DNA of 62,334 nt, the filler included, from Choristocarpus tenellus KU-1152 (taxonomy: Eukaryota > Protista > Phaeophyceae): the NCBI GenBank assembly GCA_964200185.2. It is 10 parts of 10 records of this genome, joined end to end, with 100 filler letters (N's around TTAATTAATTAA, not from the genome) between each part and the next. Parts side by side here need not be neighbours in the genome. Positions count along the whole stretch, not along the records: positions 44,663 to 52,555 come from CAXNAD020005432.1; positions 52,656 to 57,689 come from CAXNAD020012103.1; positions 57,790 to 62,334 come from CAXNAD020014065.1; 7 more parts are not named here. The stretch is one strand, 5' to 3'. The translations under genes and the position numbers were made by a program. The notes below the pieces were generated by a model. The model did no database searches. It saw only the letters and a program-made list of their open reading frames with translations, and was not told the DNA's origin. This document shows positions 52,263 through 62,334 of the stretch, piece after piece. Positions within the stretch are counted from its first letter, which is position 1, and each line of letters begins with the position of its first letter.

Positions 52263-52555
52263 CAAAACACAACCGTGGTCTTCATGCCTGTGGACTATGT
52301 TTGGTGAGGTCCTGCTCCAGTACCATCTAGGTGACGAAGGATATCCACGCCTTTCTGTGGCAGCACAAGTGTGGCGGTCTCATGCAGGAAAGGATATGTG
52401 ACACACCTGTGGGTGTTGTTGTGAAGAGATGTACTTAGATGGACCTCTGGAGGCAAAGGAAGGACGAGTGTATTTGGCTAAGAGTATCTGAGTGGGGTGG
52501 CGGCTGTCCATTTGGGGTCAATTTATTCATGTCGACAATTTTGGGTGATATAGTT

Positions 52556-52655
52556 NNNNNNNNNNNNNNNNNNNNNNNNNNNNNNNNNNNNNNNNNNNNT
52601 TAATTAATTAANNNNNNNNNNNNNNNNNNNNNNNNNNNNNNNNNNNNNNNNNNNN
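52556..52655. other. artificial contig linker
   Basis: N/TTAATTAATTAA spacer. Confidence 0.99.
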
Positions 52656-54217
52656 CAGCAGACGCCGCAGACTCCACCCCCCCCCCCCCCAACCTCTCCG
52701 CGGCACCGGAGGTACTGGTTCCCCCTGCATTGCAGTTGCACCTCCCCCACCTCTGCTTGTCTCATCCCACACAGTCTGATCCACATTTGAACTCTTGATG
52801 TCCTTCCCCTCCCGCCTCAGGTACACAATACCAAACCCTGTTAAGCAGCAGAGCGCTAGCACCAAAGTCACCAAAACAACTGCAAGCCCCATTTCATCAA
52901 GCCCCAGCACAAAGTCGCCCCCACCATCTCCCCCCCCCGAATCAGTCGTTTCAGTTGAGATCCCTGAAGCAGAGAGTTCAAGGCACGCTGAATTCCAAAC
53001 CTCAGAAACTGAAGCACCCCGACTGAGGTCATTATAGAGGGGAGTCCAGCACCGAGGTTCAGACATAGCCTCCTTCGGAGTAACAGAATCTATCTCTGTC
53101 ACCTCGCCCGAGGTCTGGGAGGCGTAGTATGTTGTCCTGGTGTCCAATGCATCACTTACTGGTTCTACAACAAAAATAGTGTGAACCGTGTGTGTGGTCG
53201 AGGCACGAAAGGGCAGAAAAAGTAATAATTTATCAATACGGGAAAAGCTCTTTGGGGGGGGGAGGGCACACAACCCTACAGTGACCCTACTACTTAACTG
53301 TGAGGTACTAAACAATCCTTGTCCTTGCTTGCTGTGATTCGCGCTCCGAAGCGTATCATAACCCTAACCCTTGAAAAACAAACAAGCCTCTGGACCCTCA
53401 CGAATTTAGCATTTCGAAGATGACACAGATGTACTTTTTGAAGAACCAACCTGTGAGGAAGTAGTGGTAGGAGTCATCCCCACTATACCGTGCCGCAACA
53501 AGGCTGGTCACAAAACCGGTGCTTGCATCTACCACAGGATCAAACGCCTCTAGACCCTCCAGGGTACGGAACCTCGGGCCCAGTAGACCCCAGTGCAACA
53601 CCTGCAAACAACATTGGTATAGGGAGGGAAGAAGGGGAGAGTTGAGGATAAGATATGCAAGCGATACTGTATCATAGTGTCCCGCAAACTGTTTCAGAAC
53701 AGCACTATCCGCGTAAGAAGCAGCACCCACACACAGACGTCAATTTTGACATGGCCTCCTGTGATTACATTGTATGACCTCTCTATATTGCAAAGGCTGC
53801 TTGCTGTGAACAAATATCACAGGTCATGAGTTACGACAAGTTTGACCCTAGAAACTGACAACAACGTAAGTAGCAAATGAAAATAAAATAAAGGTGTGTA
53901 TGTGTGTGTGTATGTATGTATATATGTATGTATGTATGTATTATGTCAACCACAGCGTTGATCCTGACGAAAACCATGGCACTCAGAAGGCATACAACAA
54001 AATATGGTTCAAAGGAGATGAGCAGTTACTCTGATCATCAGCAGGTTTACCTAAACATCCCTCATCACACCTTCTCTGTCCTCAGGGTCACGATACCGAA
54101 GTCCTCATCTCCTGTCAAGAGGGTAGATGTCAGGCCATACATTTCCATCATGCAATAATAGTCTGGGTCACCTCCTTCACCAAAGTACACCAATGTCATT
54201 GTACTATTGAAAGTGAC
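52656..54217 (-). CDS. single-pass membrane protein of unknown function, exons 54217-54071, 53601-53451, 53164-<52656
   Basis: GT-AG junctions (phase 0, then phase 1) join VTFNSTM...RTEK | VLHWG...YFLT-E | PVSDALD...; TM helix LAVVLVTLVLALCCLTGFGIVYL followed by RR. Confidence 0.8.
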
Positions 54218-54467
54218 CTTGCAATCGAAAGGGAAGGGCGGGACGTGGCAGAGGAGGGGGCTGGGTGGGTGGGAGGGTTACAACATCATAGAATAATCAC
54301 TAGGGTCAAGTTCTGTGTTTCAGGCGAATCGTGAGAGCATCAAAGACCACAAAACTTGGAGATTCCTGCATCGACGAAGACTGAAGTTTTGGGGGTACTG
54401 CTACTTTTATGCCACGATACTGGGAAAGATCACACCACCGATTGTTTTACCTGACTAGACTTCCGAT

Positions 54468-54612
54468 TTCAACAGATATAGTGGCTGAGCTATAAAAAGG
54501 AACATAATGCTCCTGTTTTCAACAGATATAGTGACTAAGTTATAAGAAGGAACATAATACACCTGTTTTCAACTGATATAGTGACAAAGTTATAAAAAAA
54601 GAACATAATAAT
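54468..54612. repeat. 50-bp tandem repeat, 3 copies
   Basis: TTCAACAGATATAGTGRC...GAACATAAT repeated. Confidence 0.9.
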
Positions 54613-55219
54613 CCCACTCCAAAACTTGCAAAAGGTTCCGTATCCTGGTGATTTGTTCCAATTTGGTCTTCTGTCCCAAGACTCCACCTGTACTATACTA
54701 AACACATATACTACTGTAGAAGTTAAAACAAATTGCTGCTGGTCTTTGGTATGGCAGGGACTAGTAAAATCAAGCTGTGAATATAGCTACCAGTGTTTCA
54801 TCTAAAAATGTTGAGTTGCACACCTCGCACAACAACAACAAAAACTCAAATTCATTGCATGCATCAAAATTGGTGAAACTTAATCTGCCAGACTGACACC
54901 AATGCAGGTAGTCACATCAGAGAGTTGATGAAAAGGGGCAGCAGGGTCTGAGCATCATGGGCGATATCATCAGCCATGAGATGTTCAGCACCAAATAGAC
55001 TAAACTAATCGGACCAAGCATGCTAGATTCTCATGTCTCTCTCATCTCCTTCTTACATGCACATGCCACAGATGGACTGGTCACTCCCAGAGGAGCTAAT
55101 TCTCTCATATCAATAATGTATGTTATTGTTAAAGTGTTGACATCAGTCGGGAGTGAGCTTGCTGGTTCCCTCCTTCATTCATCAAACTGACCTATTGCAT
55201 AATATCCTGTATAGCCTGA

Positions 55220-56100
55220 CTTATGTATGCCAGAGTGTAAAACCGATATGTACTTTCAAGTCGAATTGATTATTTATGTCAAAAAGCAACCATACGGATG
55301 GGTGGAAGAAATCAATGTCGAAACGATCATGAAAAAAATCAGACCGTTTGCTGTTTCTTGATTTGAAAAAGCAGCTCTCAACGCCAACACAAAAAAAACA
55401 CGAATGGCCGTCTACATCAACTTCGCTACCATCACCAATGAGCATTAGCCCTCGAAAGACAGTACGCGATGGATACGCATGCCAACATGACTGCCTGAAA
55501 CATAAAGATTTGAACTCTCCAAAGACGGAATGTCAGAAACTCAATTGGCACAGTCCAATGGTGTTCTTACAACACGACATATTTCACCAGGAAGTACTTT
55601 AGGAGCTTGACCATGCTATATAACAACGATGTGTGAATTGCTGTACACCGTTGTACTCTTTTGTTATACTGTTCTTGAGGTTTGGAGCATATCAACTTGG
55701 CGCGCCTTCTTCAACTGTCCCTGCTCGAAATTCAAACCTTCCGGCTTTCAACCCAACACCTCACACCTGCCACTTACCTCGACCTCTCCAATCCATGTTC
55801 CGCCATGCCAGGGGTTTCTGAAATAAGGTAGATCCTTCTTGTAGAGAGTGCCAATGGCAATCCGATCCTCGACGAGACGGGTGTAGGTGCTCTGGAAGAG
55901 ATCAAGGAGGTTCGGACGAGTTGCTTTATGAAGGTTGGTTTTGGTTTAGTTCGTGCGAAGACGTTGTGCCAAGATAAGTTTCTAAATGTCTTACTGGCAG
56001 CAGCTCTCCACTAGGCTCAAGCCATAGAAGGGGGTAAGAACATGGTACTGAGTGTGCTGGATCAAGCATTATCATGAATGCAGAGAGCTCACGGACACAG
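55220..56100. mobile_element. degenerate DNA-transposase remnants (hAT-like on +, Tc1/IS630-like on -)
   Basis: IMKKIR...STRW on plus; VLTPFYGLSLVESCC (cf. LPPYSPELNPIE) on minus. Weak matches. Confidence 0.3.
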
Positions 56101-57279
56101 TCAATAGATATTCATGTGCTAAGGTGACAAATATAACGTGCCAAACCTTTTAACTAATTCCACCAGTGAATTTTTAGTACTATCCACGACGTACAAACCT
56201 CGCTAGCGACGAGCCGCCTGTCGATTGCAGCAGCTACTGCCTCAGTTGCCTTGTCATTCCGAGGCGTTTCCAAAAGCAGCTCTGAAGTGCCCAGAAGGGA
56301 CCTTGTTGAACAATCCACCGCAGCAACCTTCGCCAAGGAACACAGTCCTGCTCCCAAAGTGAGCCAAGTAAATCGTCTCGACCTAGTTCCTCCCTTTTCC
56401 CCTTGGCGCTTCAAGGATTGACGACCGTTCAACAATCCTGGACACCGTTGCCTAAAACATCTTGTTGACCAGTGAGCCATGGTCGTGCTTTTCGAATAGG
56501 TACCTCCCCTTCGCACACAGTGGTAGTGGTTTGAAGTATCTTCCTTGTTTCCCACCATGTATCCACTCCTACCCACACTCTCTTCGGTGTGTAACTGTTA
56601 CTCTACCCCCTGTCTCTAACACAATCCATCCCACCACAACACCCACAAACCAAATTTTCTCCTAACAATTTCATGTATACATGCCATAGTAGATATTCAC
56701 ACCGCATATACTTAGAAGTTGATCTATTATACTCTTCCATTCTATAATATGTTCGATTATTCGGACTGAGTTCAGAATGTAGAAAGCAAAATGTTGGTCC
56801 CACTCATGCCTCTCCACAAGATCTTTTTACTAAACTGATTTTTTTTAATGTCTGTATCTGAGAGTGTGTTCGTTGACAAATATCAAACGATACTAAAAAT
56901 GGGTCCTTTACACGCCATATGTATTTATATATTCTTTAGATTCTTCATCTCCATTTTCATCACAAAACCATATTTTGAATATTCATCTCCTTGTAATTTT
57001 GAGGACATTCCCAACTTATAACCAGAACCACTACGTCATAAACAAACAGGTTTTTTATAAAGGATCAACTTGATACCAACCTCCATGAAATCCATGGTTC
57101 GAACCCCTTTAAAACCAGACTTCTTTTCACCTAAATCTGGTTTCAATGATATTATTCCACATGACAACTACAATAAACATATTATATACCCCCTATATAT
57201 GTGTATCTATATAATAGTTCTCCCGTCTGTATATTCCTCATATTATTATTATTGTTATAATGTTCATTCCAATTATTTT

Positions 57280-57590
57280 ATTATTATGTCATCTGATATT
57301 TTGAAGATGTATTAGGGGAAAAACCAATGAAAACTATTCACATCTTAGAAAAATCCAGAAGAAATTCATAGTTGTGATAAATGTGAAAACATTGATCTCT
57401 TAACTATTTTACTATTATGCTATGTACCACTACTTGTGTCTCCAACTTAGCTTATTCCTGTACTGGAGGGGGAGGACCTAGGGAAGCATCCCAAGAATCC
57501 AACAAGCCCCTCCTTGCCTATCTCCATATCGTCTCCAGCTTAAAACGCATGACACGTCTAGACAGGGCCACCTGCGTTTTATTTCCAACA
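57280..57590 (-). mobile_element. short 3' fragment of the RLE LINE family
   Basis: CAGCTTAAAACGCATGACACGTCTAGACAG shared with ~7710 and ~46305. Confidence 0.75.
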
Positions 57591-57689
57591 CGCTTAACTA
57601 TCGTAAAATACTCTACCTAGAGGAGGAGCAGCTAGGACTGGAGTAGCTGGAAAGGTAGATGTTAAAGTATCCCCAAAATCATCAAAGAG

Positions 57690-57789
57690 NNNNNNNNNNN
57701 NNNNNNNNNNNNNNNNNNNNNNNNNNNNNNNNNTTAATTAATTAANNNNNNNNNNNNNNNNNNNNNNNNNNNNNNNNNNNNNNNNNNNN
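57690..57789. other. artificial contig linker
   Basis: N/TTAATTAATTAA spacer. Confidence 0.99.
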
Positions 57790-57832
57790 GGGCAAAAAAA
57801 ATACTCCGCTGTTATCAACGCATGTACAGTTT

Positions 57833-60800
57833 AAAAGGTACCCATGGTGAGAGTGGTGATGGTTGGGGGCATTGACCTTCTCTAAATGACAGTTCACTCT
57901 AGTGTTGTCTACAAAATGTTGTTCCTAAAAATATCTTCGTACGCCAGCCCCACCATTATCCTAAAGGCCATATGGCGCACTTTTTCCTCTGGGGAAAACG
58001 CTATTGGAAATTTGCATGACCTTAATACCAGCATTGGTGGAATATTGCACCCTCTAGGCGTTGCTGCATGTAAGGTACTTTTGCCTGCCATGTTGAGCTG
58101 TGGTAAGCAATTTTCACAAAAAAAATAGATGAGACCTGCACCTGTGTCAAGGAGTACCTGGACAAGCATTCTCGAGTGGACTCTGCATGGGTGACAAAGC
58201 AGGGCAAATGTCAATACTTGACTAGTACCATAGGCCGGTGTCATGGTGAATATTATCGAAGTGGAAATGAATGTCTAAATGTCTATAGTTGGAATGACAT
58301 GACTGGAAACTCAGACTCTACAGTGTAACTTTAAGACGACTCTGCAGCGTCCGAATCGGTTGGGCTTCTCGAGGATAGTGGAGGGAGTTTCGAGTCTTGC
58401 ATTGCTGCTAGGTATCGTAGATGCGTTTCTATTAAGGCTACCATCGCACGAGACTTTGCTGTAGATTGAGTACCCAGAGGTCCTCAGTAGGTTCCCGAAA
58501 GGTATGAGAGGGTTCCCCTGGGAAAGAACGAGTCTTATATATACCTGCACTCGTCAGTATGGTCGGAAAGGGTCTCAGATATATGCCAGTATTTGTAAAC
58601 CCGAATAAACCCCAAACGGTAAATGATGATTAGAGTTCCTAAAAATGGCTCAAAGCGGCTCAGTTCTTCTGACCTATTAAGACCCACATAGCTCACTCTC
58701 AATCTGATACCAAACTATGTACATTTCTTACACTGATCGATTCGTTTGAGAGTACCCCTGTCTGCTGAGCTGACGTTCGATAATCTGTGAAATGGACTTG
58801 ACTTGTAAATCCTGTGGAGGTGAGCATCGAGGGGCGCCTGTAACATGGGTGTCCTACCGAAACTGCAACATGGAGGTCCTACCGCCTCTCTTCAAACTGG
58901 AGGGATTACTCCTTGTTCACCCCAGCACATTGTATTGCTTTCTTGTTCCACCTGGGTTTGTGGTCTTCATTCGTCGTCTACAGGATTCCCTCCCTGGACT
59001 CGTCGTCTTCATGGGTCTTAGGGCTTATTTGGCTCTGAGGGAATCGGCCCTCTCTAGCCGTATAACGAGTGGCCTCTGATCGCCACATCACTCGCCTATA
59101 GTAATAAAATTAGTGGTGTTTGACCGCCATGGTATAGACGTTGCCTAGGTAATTCTTCCTCGCCATTCGTACACCCACATTCCCGATCTGTTTTTCGTGT
59201 ATCATACTGATCTTTATTTCACAGGTTCCACTGGGAATCAGTGATTCGGAGATGTTCCTGCCCAAGGCCAGACTTTGAGAGAACTCTTGCAACAGTCGTG
59301 ACGGCTCAACGTGTTTAAGCAAATCGTCCACACATCAATAACTTCACACCCCTTTCCACATCGAGCTCGTCGAAGACTCTTGTCCGACTTTCTTAGGACA
59401 CACTGCGGTCCTTTCAGATGCTTCGTCTGCAAGCAACGTCCCACACACCAAAGGGAAGCTCTTACAGGTCCGTTGAGACGACGTTACGGCAACTGAGTGG
59501 TTCATATTTCGGTGAGAGAATACACCCCTTTTGCATGGCCAGCCGAAAATCGTTGTAAAGGTTGCCATGTGTTATTTTTTTTTAAGAGAGAGAAAGGTGT
59601 GACGCGGAAGGCTACAGCCATAGCCTATTTTTCCACTATTGAGCGTATACCGTAGACTTGCAGATGCCTCATATGTAAAGCTCGTTTGGGGGGGGATATA
59701 TAGGCGAAGGCCAACTCGTTGATTTGTACGAACGAGCCCAACTCTCCTGCCTATCTATACCAAATTATCCTCTGTTCTCTATTATATATATTATATTTTT
59801 TCTCTACAGATTAGAAGCCAAATTCACCCACTAGGATTTTCGCAGAGTAATCCTTTGGGGAACGAGATATTAAACCGTGTTATTAAACTATAACAAATTA
59901 TTCATGTTATTCAATCGAAGCGACTGATTTATCCCAGCCAATCAAAAAAATGCGACAAAACCTACACTGTACAAGGAGGTGGCTTCATCGTTTTGGCTAG
60001 GTGGTAGAGATGCTTGTTTGCTAGCATGTCACACCCTTGCGCTGCCTCAGTCAAAACCCTGATCGCAGGAAGAAACAGGGACTATATCACCACAACAGGA
60101 CTTCCATGCACGAACAGGTATCAAGCCAAAATTCACTTTTATACAGAGAGATTGTCAGCCATGTACTAGCAGCCCTTGCACCGATGCTTCAACCTGTTTT
60201 AACCCAGAACCCCTCGCCTGCTGTCTGTGCGGCCTTAAATACCGAACCCTCTTCCGTTCCCAGCAAACACAGTACCTCATTCGTTGCCAAAAAGCAAGGC
60301 ATCAAAAACCGTTCGACAAGTCACATCCATTCCCCAGCCTGTGCTTTGATCCCCACCTGCTTTAGCCACAAACAGGACGAACGATAGAAGTCGGCACGAT
60401 TTGGGCAAAGGATTACCTCCATCTTCTACATCCACAAGCCAAAGTCGACATATGGCTAAAGGCACACCAAGTTTGCTTTCATTATGCCTGTAGTCAAGAC
60501 TGCTTCATGTCTATTACTGACGAGTGCGGGTATACGAAATGCCACTCGTTAGTTCCCAGAGGAATCCACTCATACCTTTCGGGAAACCACCGAGGACCTC
60601 AGGTTAATCAATCGACTGTAGAGTTTCGTACGATGGTAGCCTTAATAGAAACGCATCTACGATACCTAGCAGCGATGCAATACTCGAAACTCCCTCCACT
60701 GTTCGCCAGAAACCCAACCGATTCGGACGCTGCAGAGTCGTCTTGAAGTTACACTGTGGAGTCTGAGTTTCCAGTCATGTCATTCCATCTATAGACATTT

Positions 60801-61241
60801 AGACTTTAATTTTCACCTTGATAATATTTACCATGACACCTGTCTATGCTACTACCCAAGTATCGACATATGCCCTTCCATGTCACCCATGCAGAGTCCA
60901 CTCGAGAATGCTTGTCCAGGTACTCCTTGACACTGGTGCAGGTCTCATCTATTTTTGTGAAAATTGCTTACCACAGCTCAACATGGCAGGCAAAGGAATC
61001 TGAAATGCAGCAAACCCCAGAGGGTGCAATATTCTACCTGTGCTGGTACCGAGGTCATGCAAACTTCCAATAGCGTTTTCTCCAGAGGAAAAAGTGCATA
61101 ATATGGCTTTTAGGATAGTGGTGGGGCTGCCATACGAAATTATTTTTAGGAGCAACATTTTGTAGACAACACTAGAGTGAACTGTCATTTAGAGAAGGTC
61201 AATGCTCCCAACCATCGCCACTGTCACCATGGGTACCTTTT
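57833..61241. mobile_element. 3.4-kb element with ~725-bp terminal inverted repeats (57833-58559 and 60515-61241)
   Basis: The arms align in reverse complement along their length (ORFs 57886+ and 60949- are near-identical peptides); termini AAAAGGTACCCATGG...CCATGGGTACCTTTT. Confidence 0.85.
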
Positions 61242-62334
61242 GTCAACATTCCAACACTCGGATCGAGCAGTAACAATGTGCCCTTGTCAGACCTTAGCAA
61301 CTGGCATTGTAATACAAAGGAAAGGTCTAAGATGGACTGTTGTCAGACCAGGTAACTAAACAGAAGAAATGAACAGCTTTACCTTACCACAGTTGGATGT
61401 TTCTCACGTCTTCTAGGACCTTCACAACCCTAACACAAGATCATGCCCAACTAATGTTCCCACCCAAGAACAACTCTTGCCCTGATAGGATGTGGTCCGT
61501 CTCTTCCCTATTGATACTAGTGTCAAATATTGTGGAAGGATGAAGCGGAAGAGACAGGTAGAATAAAGGGTCCAGTTTTTGAGTTCAAGTCACTCTATTG
61601 GAGGGTACGGTTGAAGGATCGAGGGAAGGAGGAATTCAGCAGGAGAGAGACGAGTGCCTCCTCCAGAAAACCTCCCAGCAGGTAACAACTGTATGCCTGA
61701 AGGACAAGGTGAGGTTCAGCTGGTATATGCTAGAACAAGAGATTAAAGCAGTGATAATCATAGTCACTGAAAGGAGTGTGAGACAGCAGAAGTTGGAATG
61801 AAGAAGCTGCCCACATTAGAGCACACAGTAATATACATCAGTTGTATAGGCTGAAGTTCTCAGAAAATATAAACACTGGACTCACTACTTTTTTATTTTT
61901 ATTTATTGATTTTCCTCTCTTCTATGTCGTAACAACTCTCTGTGATCTTGAATCCTCTATTTTTTTGTGTCTTCTATATCTCACTTCTGTTTTTCTAATG
62001 ATTATTTATTTTTAGTTCTCATCCCATCATCCCCTGATTTTTAATTTCATTTTTTTTCATAGTTACTCTCCTTATTTACCAACTCTTTTCTTTTCTTTTT
62101 TTTCTTCTTACTTTTTGTGATTTTAGTTCTTTTATTTTTTATTCAGTTTCCACTTTGTTACTCTCATCATCCATATATTATTCTTTTATTTATTATTAGT
62201 ACTATTTGTTGCTCTCATTAGCCCTTCTTTATTTATTGATTGGAGGGATAGGAACTGGGGGACCCATTCATTTTAGGCCATGTCAGAGATACATACTTTG
62301 TAAATTTTGAAGGTGTGTTTCAGAAAGAGCAAAT

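Noticed and set aside
54468-54612. CRISPR-like array
   Set aside because: Contiguous 50-bp tandem units with no unique spacers, no cas genes, and eukaryotic context.
4939-57789. Recurring TTAATTAATTAA palindrome in N runs as a biological repeat
   Set aside because: Identical 100-nt artificial linkers. Adjacency across them has no biological meaning, and ORFs containing X are artefacts.
57790-62334. Fanzor/TnpB or Polinton-like virus inside the long-TIR element
   Set aside because: No RuvC/zinc-finger, pPolB, integrase or capsid motifs seen in any frame.

Overview
This window is not one locus. It is ten eukaryotic nuclear contigs (1-4938, 5039-9798, 9899-17661, 17762-23054, 23155-31581, 31682-37465, 37566-44562, 44663-52555, 52656-57689, 57790-62334) joined by artificial 100-nt N/TTAATTAATTAA linkers. 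The DNA is repeat-rich and has GT-AG introns. Intron style, G/Q-rich peptides and the TE types suggest a stramenopile, possibly a brown alga, but that is inference only. Host genes with consistent splice phases are a DUF1295 steroid-5-alpha-reductase-like membrane protein, a prion-like G/Q/N/Y protein with a PAM2-like motif, and a single-pass membrane protein; one further large low-complexity exon is present. Most other sequence is decayed transposons: copia/gypsy, RLE-type and APE-type LINEs, hAT, piggyBac-like, pogo-like, Sola2-like MITEs, a foldback MITE and an element with ~725-bp inverted repeats. The most notable finding is AT-rich shards of decayed bacterial DNA inside host sequence: an alphaproteobacterial-type dnaK 3' end within a spliceosomal intron, and an ISNCY-like transposase fragment on another contig. 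Both suggest endosymbiont-to-nucleus transfer. A copia-derived ~460-bp foldback with a perfect apical stem is a candidate small-RNA precursor. I found no intact novel multi-gene system. All protein-family calls come from recalled motifs, not database searches.
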